From NCBI GenBank assembly GCA_021776055.1, contig JAJFGP010000088.1:4642-68641 (forward strand): DNA of 64,000 nt, written 5' to 3'. The stretch comes from Kiloniellaceae bacterium. Lineage in GTDB: Bacteria > Pseudomonadota > Alphaproteobacteria > Kiloniellales > J153. The notes under the pieces are model-generated. The model saw only the letters and a list, made by a program, of their open reading frames with translations. It was not told the origin of the DNA and searched no databases. Of the stretch, positions 1-9,448 are shown in pieces; position 1 is the first letter of the stretch; every line of letters starts with the position of its first letter. A program made the position numbers and the translations under genes.

Positions 1-459
1 GAGTATCCCGAGCATGATCTCGAAGACCTCGATATCGGCGCCGTCCAATGCGTTGCGCAAGGTCAATGCGGCTTCCGTATCCCCCTCGATGGTGAGATCG
101 CGGGAGAAGAACAGGGCATCACCGTCGGCGCGGCCTTCCAACAGATCGACGAGGGTCGCAAGAGCGCCGCTGATGACCACCGCCGCGGCCGGCGCCGGAT
201 CGTCCGTGCGCAACACGTGTAAGGTCGGCGGCTGGGCGCCGGGCCGCAATAGGGCCTTGAACGGCACGTCCAGCGGATCGATCAGGAATACGGTCTCGGC
301 CAGCGGCCACAACCGTGCGAATACGTCCGGATGGCGGGCCTGCACCCGTCGCAATGCCAGGCGCAAGACCGCTTCGACCACCGCGGACGGTAGAGGCCGC
401 GCCGCCATGCCGAGCAACAGCGCCGGCGACAACGGCGGTGTCCCCTCGAGCGATGCCAT
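1..459 (-). CDS. ubiT: SCP2 sterol-binding domain protein, UbiT/YhbT-like; start codon is in the window, 3' end runs off the window start
   Basis: Absent from the ORF track because it is open at the window edge. Minus-strand ATG at 459 gives MASLEGTPPLSPALLLGMAARPLP...DGDALFFSRDLTIEGDTEAALTLRNALDGADIEV, the C-terminal signature I associate with SCP2/UbiT proteins. Confidence 0.6.
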   Translation of the reverse strand, partial: MASLEGTPPLSPALLLGMAARPLPSAVVEAVLRLALRRVQARHPDVFARLWPLAETVFLIDPLDVPFKALLRPGAQPPTLHVLRTDDPAPAAAVVISGALATLVDLLEGRADGDALFFSRDLTIEGDTEAALTLRNALDGADIEVFEIMLGIL

Positions 460-680
460 GGGCGCCACGTATGCTCTCCGATTCACGGAAGTTGGAGATA
501 GGCTGATGGAATAGAGGCAAACCGGACTCGCCGCCTTGACCTATCTCAATACCTGCTGCCATTCGGCCTGACCTGAGAGCGAATCGGGGCGGCTTGACGC
601 TGTGCCGGGAAGGCAATACCTAGAGGGCCCTGGACGAAAAAGACACGATCGCCAAGCCGGAATCCCCCAACTGGAAGCTC

Positions 681-1223
681 ATGGCCGTATTACCCATCAT
701 CATCGCCCCCGACCCGCGCCTAAAACAGGTCTGCGTCCCAATCGACCGGGTCAACGACGAAATTCGCCGGCTCATGGACGATATGCTCGAGACCATGTAC
801 CTAGCGCCGGGTGTTGGTTTGGCGGCCCCGCAGGTGGGTATCCTCAAGCGCGTTATCGTCGTCGATGTGAGCAAGGATGAGGGCGAGCGGCAGCCTCATC
901 TTATGGCAAATCCCGAATTGGTCTGGGTCGCCGACGAGGATGCCAATGCCGAGGAGGGCTGTCTGTCGCTGCCCGACCATTTCGGCGATGTGGTGCGGCC
1001 CGCATCGATCCGCGTGCGCTATCTGGACCACGAGAACGAAATCCGCGAAAGCGCCGCCGAGGGTTTGTTGGCGACCTGCATCCAGCACGAAATGGACCAC
1101 CTCGAAGGTATCCTTTTCGTCGATCACATGAGCGCACTGAAGCGCAACATGATCCTGCGCAAGCTGATCAAGGCAAAAAAGGCGGGTGATCTGCCCGTGG
1201 TCGAATCGGCGGCCGTATCCTGA
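681..1223 (+). CDS. def: peptide deformylase
   Basis: 180 aa; motifs [15 protein letters not shown] and HEMDHLEG; followed by fmt. Confidence 0.95.
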   Translation: MAVLPIIIAPDPRLKQVCVPIDRVNDEIRRLMDDMLETMYLAPGVGLAAPQVGILKRVIVVDVSKDEGERQPHLMANPELVWVADEDANAEEGCLSLPDHFGDVVRPASIRVRYLDHENEIRESAAEGLLATCIQHEMDHLEGILFVDHMSALKRNMILRKLIKAKKAGDLPVVESAAVS

Positions 1224-1269
1224 TGTCGAATCCCACGGTGCCACGGTTGGCGCCGGATGCTTGCGTCCG

Positions 1270-2208
1270 ATGACCAGCTTGCGCCTGGCCTTCATGGGCA
1301 CCCCCAATTTCGCGGTTCCCGCCTTGCAGGCGCTCGCGGCGGCCGGGCACGAGATCGCCGCCGTCTACAGTCAACCGCCGCGCCCCGCCGGGCGGGGCCA
1401 GCAACCCAAGCCGTCGACCGTGCATGCCGTGGCGGCCGAACAAGGCTGGCCCGTGCGTACACCTGAAAGCCTGAAGGACCCCGCGGCTCAGCGAGACTTC
1501 GCGGCATTGGCCTTGGATGTGGCCGTGGTGGTCGCCTACGGATTGCTCTTGCCGTCGCCGATCTTGGTGGCGCCGCGGCTGGGCTGTCTCAACATCCATG
1601 CCTCCCTGCTGCCGCGCTGGCGCGGCGCGGCACCGATTCAGCGCGCTATTCTGGCCGGCGATTCCGAGACCGGGGTTACCATCATGCAGATGGACGAGGG
1701 CTTGGATACCGGACCCATCTTAGCCCAGCGGACAGTACCCATCGGCGCCACGGACACGGCGGCGACCGTGCACGATACCCTGGCGGCGTTGGGCGCCGAG
1801 ATGATCGTTGCAACTCTAAGCGATAGCGCCCTGACCGCCCGACCGCAGCCGGACGAAGGCGCCACGTACGCCGGTAAGTTATCGCGTGCCGAAGCGCGGT
1901 TAGACTGGCGGCATTCGGCTGTGGACCTTGAACGTCGGGTGCGCGCCTTTTCTCCCTGGCCGGGAGCAAACTTCACAGTAAACGGCGAGACGGTCAAAGT
2001 GCTGGCGGCCGAGGTTGGCCTGGATCACGACACTGCCGCGCCCGGCACGGTCCTGGACGACCGTCTGACGATAGCTTGCGGAGATGGCGCGCTACGTCCG
2101 ACCCGGGTCCAGCGCGGCGGTCGGGCGGCGTGCGATACGGCGGCCTTCCTGCGCGGTTTCGCCATCCCGGTGGGCACCTGCCTACCATTGCCAGAGGCTC
2201 CCGCGTGA
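1270..2208 (+). CDS. fmt: methionyl-tRNA formyltransferase
   Basis: Internal ATG at 1270 gives [22 protein letters not shown]; also has [20 protein letters not shown]; classic def-fmt pair. Confidence 0.93.
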   Translation: MTSLRLAFMGTPNFAVPALQALAAAGHEIAAVYSQPPRPAGRGQQPKPSTVHAVAAEQGWPVRTPESLKDPAAQRDFAALALDVAVVVAYGLLLPSPILVAPRLGCLNIHASLLPRWRGAAPIQRAILAGDSETGVTIMQMDEGLDTGPILAQRTVPIGATDTAATVHDTLAALGAEMIVATLSDSALTARPQPDEGATYAGKLSRAEARLDWRHSAVDLERRVRAFSPWPGANFTVNGETVKVLAAEVGLDHDTAAPGTVLDDRLTIACGDGALRPTRVQRGGRAACDTAAFLRGFAIPVGTCLPLPEAPA

Positions 2209-2945
2209 GCCGCTACAAGCTGGTCTTGGAATACGATGGGTGCGGTCTGGTCGGCTGGCAACGCCAGGATAACGGCCCCAGTATCCAGGCGGCCCTGGAA
2301 GAGGCGGTGCATCGCTTCTGCGGCGAGACGGTCACCGCCACCGGCGCCGGGCGCACCGATGCCGGCGTGCATGCCTACGGCCAGGTGGCGCACGTCGATA
2401 TCGAAAAGCCGACCACCACCGATACCCTGCGCGATGCCGTAAACCATCACTTGCGGCCGGCGCCGATTGCCGTGCTCTCGGTCGAGGCCGTGACGGACGA
2501 TTTCCACGCCCGCTTCTCCGCGGTGCAGCGCCGGTATCTCTACCGTATCGTCAACCGGCGGGCGCCGCTGACCTTGGATCGCGGACGGGCTTGGTGGGTC
2601 CCGGCGCCGCTCGATGCCGCCGCCATGCACGCCGCCGCACAAAGTTTGGTTGGCCGGCACGATTTCACCAGCTTCCGGGCCAGCGAGTGTCAGGCCCGCT
2701 CGCCGGAGAAAACGCTAGATGTCCTAGATGTTGCCCGACGCGGTGAGGAGATCGAGGTCACCGCCACGGCCCGCTCGTTCCTGCATCACCAAATTCGCAA
2801 CATCGTCGGCACGCTGCGCCTGGTCGGGGCGGGCAAATGGACTAGCAGCAATGTCGCCCGCGCCCTAGCCGCCCGCGACCGCTCCGCCGCCGGCGAAACC
2901 GCCCCGGCGGATGGTCTGTACTTCCTCGGTGCGACGTACGAATAG
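2205..2945 (+). CDS. truA: tRNA pseudouridine(38-40) synthase
   Basis: GTG at 2205 overlaps the fmt TGA (GTGA). Translation [21 protein letters not shown]...[11 protein letters not shown]...FHARFSA...[12 protein letters not shown]. Confidence 0.9.
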   Translation: MSRYKLVLEYDGCGLVGWQRQDNGPSIQAALEEAVHRFCGETVTATGAGRTDAGVHAYGQVAHVDIEKPTTTDTLRDAVNHHLRPAPIAVLSVEAVTDDFHARFSAVQRRYLYRIVNRRAPLTLDRGRAWWVPAPLDAAAMHAAAQSLVGRHDFTSFRASECQARSPEKTLDVLDVARRGEEIEVTATARSFLHHQIRNIVGTLRLVGAGKWTSSNVARALAARDRSAAGETAPADGLYFLGATYE

Positions 2946-2951
2946 GCTTGG
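2903..2951 (+). repeat. left copy of a 49-bp direct repeat (authentic truA 3' end plus stop plus 6 nt)
   Basis: cccggcggatggtctgtacttcctcggtgcgacgtacgaataggcttgg; 46/49 identical to 3483..3531. Confidence 0.9.
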
Positions 2952-3074
2952 CATAGCTCGAGCATTCGCGAGCCACCTTGTGGCCGCAGAAATAGGGGTA
3001 GCGTCCCCTTTTTTCTTTTTTGATCACTCGCGGCGCCCCCATGGAAATAGGTAATTCCGGACGCGCTTCCATGG

Positions 3075-3383
3075 TCAAGACCGACCTATGACAACTTCAA
3101 AATGCAATCCAAGCTGTTCGCGATCCTTGACAAATTTTAACGCACGCTGGGTGACATTGAAGCCGCCCTCAGTCTTAGAAGTAAAATCAATGCTGTGCTC
3201 GGAATTCGGTTGAATCCATTCGTCCGTCCGGAGGAAACCGTCAATCCCAAGAATATTGAAACCCTCTTTCTCAGCTGCTGCAATGAATTCGAGAGTAACG
3301 GCGGGGGTGAACATGAGCACACCACCCTCTTGGAAACCTTTGGTTCGGAATCGCTCCTCAAGAGAATCGGGATTGTGTTTCAT
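3075..3383 (-). CDS. hypothetical 102-aa protein carried on the low-GC islet
   Basis: ORF 3075..3467; the internal ATG at 3383 gives MKHNPDSLEERFRTKGFQEGGVLMFTPAVTLEFIAAAEKEGFNILGIDGF.... Hand count of ~40-50% GC on sampled lines versus >60% in the flanks. No family recognised. Confidence 0.45.
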   Translation of the reverse strand: MKHNPDSLEERFRTKGFQEGGVLMFTPAVTLEFIAAAEKEGFNILGIDGFLRTDEWIQPNSEHSIDFTSKTEGGFNVTQRALKFVKDREQLGLHFEVVIGRS

Positions 3384-3410
3384 GGTGTGTATGGATTCTG
3401 AATTGCTGAT

Positions 3411-3445
3411 GATAATTGGGGACAGTAAGATAATTGGGGACAGTA
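3411..3445. repeat. tandem direct repeat, 2 x gataattggggacagta (18-bp period)
   Basis: Read directly at 3411-3427 and 3429-3445. On the minus strand it lies between a ctatat -10-like hexamer and the ATG of the islet ORF, which is an operator- or iteron-like position. Confidence 0.8.
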
Positions 3446-3482
3446 TATAGTTTTCTGTAGTTTCCACCTGGATGCCGCCGCT

Positions 3483-3531
3483 CCCGGCGGATGGTCTGTA
3501 CTTCCTCGGTGCTACGTATGAGTAGGCTTGG
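3483..3531 (+). repeat. right copy of the 49-bp direct repeat (orphan copy of the truA 3' end)
   Basis: cccggcggatggtctgtacttcctcggtgctacgtatgagtaggcttgg. It would still encode [13 protein letters not shown]-stop; its 3 differences from the left copy are all synonymous third positions. Confidence 0.9.
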
Positions 3532-3533
3532 TC

Positions 3534-4112
3534 CTAGCGAATCATGCCGTCCGCCATGCCGGTGATCACGATGCTGAGCACCAGGTCCAGGGCGACGAAG
3601 CCGGCGGCGGCGATGGGGGTGATGTCCAGGGCGGTTCGTGTGACGAACCACTGATAGGCCAGGATCACGGAATACACCAGCACGTGCAGCAAAGCCGAGG
3701 CGCCCTCGGGGATCAGGCCCATGGCACCCAGGAAGATGACCGGCAGATAGACGATCATCTGGACGACCTGAGACCAGTTGAAGGCGACGATGAAGCCGAT
3801 GTAGGCGTTGTCGCGGCCAATGGCCTGGCAGATGGCCCGCGTGACGATGGGATAAACCGTCCAACCCAGCGTATAGGCGGAGGCATGGGCGATGACCAGG
3901 CGTAGCGCGCCGGCCGATATTTCCCGCTCGCTCAGGTCGATTGCCACCAGGGCGAGATACGCAGGAAAGATCAGGGCGGCGGCAAAAAAGGACTTCCAGA
4001 ATCCCTCCGTCGACCGGTCGAAATAGACCAGCCCACCGCGATCCAGCCGCGCCAGCCGCCATGCCCCGTATACGCCGTAAACGATGTCGCGTTGACTTGG
4101 TATGAGTATCAA
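3534..4112 (-). CDS. hypothetical polytopic inner-membrane protein downstream of dapE
   Basis: Hydrophobic helices (FFAAALIFPAYLALVAI, IGFIVAFNWSQVVQMIVYLPVIFLGAMGLI, AAAGFVALDLVLSIVITG). No in-frame ATG/GTG before the first helix; a TTG at 4112 overlaps the dapE TGA (TTGA), suggesting translational coupling. Confidence 0.6.
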   Translation of the reverse strand: MILIPSQRDIVYGVYGAWRLARLDRGGLVYFDRSTEGFWKSFFAAALIFPAYLALVAIDLSEREISAGALRLVIAHASAYTLGWTVYPIVTRAICQAIGRDNAYIGFIVAFNWSQVVQMIVYLPVIFLGAMGLIPEGASALLHVLVYSVILAYQWFVTRTALDITPIAAAGFVALDLVLSIVITGMADGMIR

Positions 4113-5281
4113 AGGGAAAAATAACCCTCCAGGACGGCCCGATAGACGGCGTGCAGATTTTGCAGATCGGTCGCGGGCACCTGCTCGTCCACCTTGTGTG
4201 CCGTGGCATTCAACAGACCTAACTCGGCGACCGGGCAATAGTCCTTGATGAAACGCGCATCCGAGGTGCCGCCGGTGGTGCCCAGTTCCGGCCGTCGGCC
4301 CGTCACGCGCTCGGCCGCGTCGCAAACAAGGTCGCTCAGCGGGCCTGGCGGGCAGAGGAACGATTCGCCGGAGACACGCACATTCAGTTCATAGGCGGCC
4401 CCGCGTGACGTGTCGATCGCCGCGTTCAAGCGTTGGCGCAGCCAATCTTCAAGCGAAGCGCCGCTGTGCCGGTCGTTGAAGCGTATGTTGAAGGCGGCCG
4501 TGGCGCGGGCGGGAATAACATTGCCGACACCGTTGCCCACATCGATGCTGGTCAGCTGCAGGCTGGTTGGCGAAAAATGCTCGGTCCCCTCGTCCAGCGT
4601 TTCCGAGACGATGGCATCGAGCATCGCCACTAGGTGATGCACCGGGTTATCCGCCAGTTGCGGATAGGCCGTATGCCCTTGCGTCCCCGTGACGGTCAGG
4701 GCGCCGGTCATACTGCCGCGGCGGCCGATCTTGACCATATCGCCCAACACCTCGGCGCTGGTTGGTTCGCCCACCAGGCAGGCATCGGGAATCTCGCCAT
4801 TCGCCTTGAGCCACTCGAGCATTTTGCGCGTGCCGTTCACGGCCTCCGCCTCTTCATCGCCGGTGATCAGCAAACCGATGGAGCCGTCCAGGCGGCCGCC
4901 GTGTTGCGCTAGAACATCCGCGGCGGCGGCCACGAAACAAGCAATCGCGCCTTTCATGTCAACGGCGCCGCGGCCGATGACATGGCCATCGACCAACTCG
5001 GCGGCAAAGGGATCGACGCTCCACGCCGCCGCATCGCCGACCGGCACCACGTCCGTGTGCCCGGCGAAACCAAACAAGCGGCCACCTTTACCGATGCGGG
5101 CGTACAGGTTGTCCACATCCGAGTAACCGGCTTCCGAGAACGGAAGCCGTTGGCAGGTAAATCCCAAATCGCCAAGCACCTCGGCGAGCAAGGTCAGGGC
5201 CCCGCCCTCTGCCGGCGTGACGCTAGGACAGCGAATTAGTTTCTGGGTCAGCTCGACGGGATCGAGCTTCGCAAGGGTCAT
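4109..5281 (-). CDS. dapE: succinyl-diaminopimelate desuccinylase
   Basis: M20 peptidase pattern: MTLAKLDPVELTQKLIRCPSVTPAEGGAL...GHTDVVPVGD...ITGDEE. ATG at 5281 is preferred over the TTG at 5287; adjacent to dapD. Confidence 0.9.
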   Translation of the reverse strand: MTLAKLDPVELTQKLIRCPSVTPAEGGALTLLAEVLGDLGFTCQRLPFSEAGYSDVDNLYARIGKGGRLFGFAGHTDVVPVGDAAAWSVDPFAAELVDGHVIGRGAVDMKGAIACFVAAAADVLAQHGGRLDGSIGLLITGDEEAEAVNGTRKMLEWLKANGEIPDACLVGEPTSAEVLGDMVKIGRRGSMTGALTVTGTQGHTAYPQLADNPVHHLVAMLDAIVSETLDEGTEHFSPTSLQLTSIDVGNGVGNVIPARATAAFNIRFNDRHSGASLEDWLRQRLNAAIDTSRGAAYELNVRVSGESFLCPPGPLSDLVCDAAERVTGRRPELGTTGGTSDARFIKDYCPVAELGLLNATAHKVDEQVPATDLQNLHAVYRAVLEGYFSL

Positions 5282-5379
5282 AGCCAACGCTCCATGGTTC
5301 TCATATCCGAGGTATCATAGGCATCGCCGCTGTGATGCCCAAGCGGCATGGCACCGCACATGGCGCCACGGGGGATCGA

Positions 5380-6234
5380 TTAAGCGCGCAACAGGTCGTT
5401 GATCGAGGTCTTGGCGCGGGTCTGCTCGTCGACTCGTTTGACAATCACGGCGCAATAGAGGCCGGGTCCAGGGCTGCCGTCGGGCAACGGCTTGCCCGGT
5501 AAGGTGCCGGGAACCACCACCGAATAGGCGGGCACGCGGCCGACGAACACCTCGCCGGTGGCCCGGTCGATAATCTTGGTCGAGGCGCTGATGAAAACAC
5601 CCATGGATAGGACCGAGCCGGTCTCGACCACGACCCCCTCGACCACCTCGGAGCGGGCGCCGATAAAGCAATTGTCCTCAATGATCACCGGGCCCGCCTG
5701 CAGGGGCTCCAGCACGCCGCCAATGCCGACACCGCCGGATAGATGACAGTTCTTACCAATCTGCGCACAGGAGCCGACGGCAACCCAGGTGTCGACCATG
5801 GTGCCGCTCTCCACCCGGGCGCCCACATTGACGAAGCTGGGCATGAGGATCACGTCCGGCGCGATATAGGCGGATCGGCGTACGACACACGTGGGCACGG
5901 CCCGAAAGCCGGCGGCCCGGAACTCTGCCTCGCCCCAGCCGGCGAACTTGGAGGGCACCTTGTCCCACCAGGACGCTTCGGCCCCCGGCCCGCCGGGGAC
6001 TATGGCCATGTCATTTAGCCGAAACGAGAGAAGAACGGCTTTTTTCAACCATTGGTTGGCATGCCAACGGCCCTCGATCTTTTCGGCGACACGGAAGGTG
6101 CCGCTGTCGAGGCCGGTAAACGCCTCCTCGACGGCCTCGCGCACCTCGCCCTTGGTGGCCGGCGAGATCTGATCGCGGGCCTCCCAGGCGGCATCGATGG
6201 TGCTTTGCAGGGTGTGCGTGGGTGTGCCGCTCAT
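5380..6234 (-). CDS. dapD: 2,3,4,5-tetrahydropyridine-2,6-dicarboxylate N-succinyltransferase
   Basis: 284 aa; hexapeptide-repeat region and N-terminus [25 protein letters not shown] typical of DapD. Confidence 0.93.
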   Translation of the reverse strand: MSGTPTHTLQSTIDAAWEARDQISPATKGEVREAVEEAFTGLDSGTFRVAEKIEGRWHANQWLKKAVLLSFRLNDMAIVPGGPGAEASWWDKVPSKFAGWGEAEFRAAGFRAVPTCVVRRSAYIAPDVILMPSFVNVGARVESGTMVDTWVAVGSCAQIGKNCHLSGGVGIGGVLEPLQAGPVIIEDNCFIGARSEVVEGVVVETGSVLSMGVFISASTKIIDRATGEVFVGRVPAYSVVVPGTLPGKPLPDGSPGPGLYCAVIVKRVDEQTRAKTSINDLLRA

Positions 6235-6438
6235 AGGTCTACTCGCTATTCAAGGAAAGTGGCTTAGGCGTCGTGAGGGTGGGCGGGCAAGATGCGCAAC
6301 CCTTAACGCCCTGTCAACGATCACTGGGGGTCCCAGGGAGATCGGGGAGGGGCAGGGGGGTTAAGCGCATCTTAAGCCCGGATGGGGCAGATTCATGGCG
6401 GATTTTGGGGACAAATTGCCCTTCCGCCAAGGATCGAG

Positions 6439-8163
6439 ATGGCCAAAGGACCCGCCAGGAAAACCGTAGACGAGGCCTACGACCGCGCCGTGGAGGAGGC
6501 GGTTGATCTGGGCCTTTTTGCCGTCGGTGGGTCGTTCGAGCGATTCCCCGGCGCGGTGCTCGTCGCCGGCCGTAACGGCATGGTCCTGGCGGCGAACGAG
6601 TCCGCCGCGCCCATTGCCGCCTTGTTGCAGCAGGGTCGCAGCGAGGATTTGCGGGCGGCGATCCACTCGGCGCTCTCTGGCCGGGCGGCGCAAATCAACC
6701 CTCTGTTGCTCGCACGCGAGGATGGCAAGCGCACCGTCGGCCTAGCCTACGACATGGCGATCTTGCCGTGGGGCAGTGGCACGGCGGCGTTGCTTCTTGG
6801 CCGCGACATTACGCTCGAGCGCAGCCTGCGCTCGGCTCTGATCGAATCGCGCCAGCGCTATAAGGATCTGGTCGAGGCGTCCAGCGACTTTGCCTGGGAG
6901 GCCGATGCCTCGGGTCGCTTCATCTTCGTCTCGGCGCAAGGGGCGCTCGGCTACAGCGCTGCCGAGTTGGTGGGCGCCCAGGCCCTCGATCTGCTCGTCG
7001 ATACCACATCCGATCAAGAGTCGCCCTTCACCACGCGCGCCCCCGTGCAAGAGGTGGAGATGTGGGTGAAACGGTCCGACGGAGAGTCGGCCTGTTTGCT
7101 CGCCACCGCATTGCCCCTAAGCGGCCCGGACGGCGAGTGGTGCGGCGCCCGGGGCTTGTGCCGCAACATCACCGCCGAGCGGACGCACGAGGCGGCGCTC
7201 GCCGGTGACCGCAACCGCGAGCGTTTGCTCGCGTATATTCTCGGGATCGTGCGCGACGAGATGGATCCGGCGCATATGCTACACGCCGCCGCCGGTGCCC
7301 TGGTCCCGGCGTTGCCGGCGACGGGGGCCAGCATCTACCGCTTGGACGAATCCGGGGCCCTAATTTGCGTCGCCCAGGCCGGCACCCTACCGCCGGACGA
7401 CGTCCTGGAGCCGGCCTTGCAACGCATTGCCGATGGCGAGGAACAGGTAGAGCAGGCGGTACCCTCCGGCGCCCTGTTTGCCAAGGAGACTCGCTTTCAG
7501 GACGAGCGCAACGGCGTGCTGTGCTTGTGGCGCAACGGCGCCATTGGTCCCTGGCACAGCGAGGATCGTTTCTTGCTGACCGAGATCGCCGGTCAGATCG
7601 GCCTGGCCAACCATCAGTTCACCCGGCAGCAAGCGTTGGAAGAAGCGTCCTCGACCGATCCTCTGACCGGTTTGCTCAACCGGCGTTGCTTCGTCGAGGC
7701 TCTTGAGGACCGCTATATGCGAGGCGCCGAGCAACGCCGGGGCGCGGCGCTTTTCTTCATCGATTTGGACAACTTCAAGCTGGTCAACGATACCCATGGC
7801 CACCAGCGGGGCGACATGGTGCTGGCGGCCCTTGCCCGCATTCTGCATGAACAGACCCGTAGCCGGGACTTGGCGGCGCGCCTGGGCGGCGACGAGTTCG
7901 CGCTCTATGTCGAGGACATCAGCCCTGACGCCGCCGAACGGAAGGGGCGTGAGCTGATTCTCGCCGCCGAGGGTCTCAAGGAGTATTCGGGCGATCCGGG
8001 CCGGCCGTTGGGCCTCTCGATTGGTATTGCCGATTGCGACCCGGATCGGCAAGAAACCCCGGACGAGCTTGTCGAGCGCGCCGATCAGGCCATGTATGCG
8101 GTCAAACGGCACGGTAAGGGTGGTGTCTCCCTGGCGCCGCCGCCCGGTAAAGGACGGCGCTGA
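6439..8163 (+). CDS. PAS/GAF-containing diguanylate cyclase (GGDEF)
   Basis: C-terminus DPLTGLLNRRCF...FFIDLDNFKLVNDTHGHQRGD...RLGGDEFALYV. ATG at 6439 is preceded by an aagga SD. Confidence 0.85.
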   Translation: MAKGPARKTVDEAYDRAVEEAVDLGLFAVGGSFERFPGAVLVAGRNGMVLAANESAAPIAALLQQGRSEDLRAAIHSALSGRAAQINPLLLAREDGKRTVGLAYDMAILPWGSGTAALLLGRDITLERSLRSALIESRQRYKDLVEASSDFAWEADASGRFIFVSAQGALGYSAAELVGAQALDLLVDTTSDQESPFTTRAPVQEVEMWVKRSDGESACLLATALPLSGPDGEWCGARGLCRNITAERTHEAALAGDRNRERLLAYILGIVRDEMDPAHMLHAAAGALVPALPATGASIYRLDESGALICVAQAGTLPPDDVLEPALQRIADGEEQVEQAVPSGALFAKETRFQDERNGVLCLWRNGAIGPWHSEDRFLLTEIAGQIGLANHQFTRQQALEEASSTDPLTGLLNRRCFVEALEDRYMRGAEQRRGAALFFIDLDNFKLVNDTHGHQRGDMVLAALARILHEQTRSRDLAARLGGDEFALYVEDISPDAAERKGRELILAAEGLKEYSGDPGRPLGLSIGIADCDPDRQETPDELVERADQAMYAVKRHGKGGVSLAPPPGKGRR

Positions 8164-9428
8164 TGGTCCGCTCCGCAAACAAAAAGGAGGCGGCCGCCGA
8201 GTCCAACCTTAGCTATGAGGACGCGAAGCGTCTGGCGCAGAATTCTGATATGTTGGTGCGCGCCCAGCTTGCCGGGCGCGACGATATCCGGCCCGAGATT
8301 CTCTACTACCTGGCGGAAGACGTCTCGCCCGAGGTGCGTTGCCAGATTGCCGCCAACCGGCACACGCCCGGTCAGGCGGACCTGTTGCTGGCGCGCGATG
8401 CGGACGAGGCGGTTCGCCGCCAGTTGGCACACAAGATCGCGCTGCTCATGCCCGATCTCAGTCCCGACCAGCTGCGCCAGGCGCACGAACATGTGGTCGA
8501 GGTCTTGGAGGTCTTGGCGCAAGACCAGGCAACCCGCGTGCGCCAGATCCTCTCCGATACGCTCAAGGACCTGGCCTCCGCCCCGCCCGGCGTCATTCAG
8601 CGCCTGGCCCGCGATGCCGAGGAGGTGGTCGCGTGCCCAGTGCTCGAATTCTCACCGCTGCTGAGCGATGAGGACCTCATTGAAATCATCAATGGTGGCG
8701 AGCCCGCTCCTGGTAAGCTGCGGGCCGTCTCGCGTCGCCATGGCGTCGGCGAGCAGGTGGCTGACGCTATCGTTGCGACCGAAGAGCAAAGTGCTATTTC
8801 CGAGTTGCTGGCGAACAGCAGCGCGCAGATTCGCGAGGAAACGTTGAACGGCCTGGTGGATGCGGCCCTCGACGTGACGGCCTGGCACGAGCCGTTGGTC
8901 AAGCGGCCAAGCCTGCCCAAGGCGGCGATGTTAAGGCTTGCAGGATTCGTCGCCGGATCGCTCCTGGAGTTGTTGCAAGCGCGCAAGGACCTGGACAAGA
9001 AAACGGCGCGTGCTGTCGCCAAGGAAGTGGAGCGGCGCCTGAAGGATGGCGGCGGTGCCGCCGAAAAGAAAGCCGAACCGCCCGAGGCGCGGGCCAAGCG
9101 CCTGCATGACGCGGGTGGCCTGGAAGACGACGTTCTGGCCCGTGCCATGAACAGCGGCGACCGGGACCTGGTCCGTCATGGACTGGCGGTGCGCGCGGAA
9201 TTACCGGTCGGCCTGGTAGATCACATTCTGGCGGCGCGCAGCGCCAAGGGCGTAACGGCGCTAGCCTGGAAAGCCGGTTGCGCCATGCGCTTCGCCAGCC
9301 AGTTGCAGCTGCGCATGGGGGGTATCGCCCCGTCGCAGGTACTCAACGCCCGCGCCGGGACCGACTATCCCCTAACACCCGACGAAATGAACTGGCAGAT
9401 CGAATTTTTTCAAAGCCTCGCCGGCTAG
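8163..9428 (+). CDS. DUF2336-like HEAT/ARM-repeat protein
   Basis: LSYEDAKRLAQNSD..RPEILYYLAEDVSPEVRCQIAANRHTPGQADLLLARDADEAVRRQLA matches my recollection of the alphaproteobacterial DUF2336 family. Its ATG overlaps the cyclase TGA by 1 nt. Confidence 0.7.
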   Translation: MVRSANKKEAAAESNLSYEDAKRLAQNSDMLVRAQLAGRDDIRPEILYYLAEDVSPEVRCQIAANRHTPGQADLLLARDADEAVRRQLAHKIALLMPDLSPDQLRQAHEHVVEVLEVLAQDQATRVRQILSDTLKDLASAPPGVIQRLARDAEEVVACPVLEFSPLLSDEDLIEIINGGEPAPGKLRAVSRRHGVGEQVADAIVATEEQSAISELLANSSAQIREETLNGLVDAALDVTAWHEPLVKRPSLPKAAMLRLAGFVAGSLLELLQARKDLDKKTARAVAKEVERRLKDGGGAAEKKAEPPEARAKRLHDAGGLEDDVLARAMNSGDRDLVRHGLAVRAELPVGLVDHILAARSAKGVTALAWKAGCAMRFASQLQLRMGGIAPSQVLNARAGTDYPLTPDEMNWQIEFFQSLAG

Positions 9429-9448
9429 AGCAGGCTCTAGCGGGGGCG

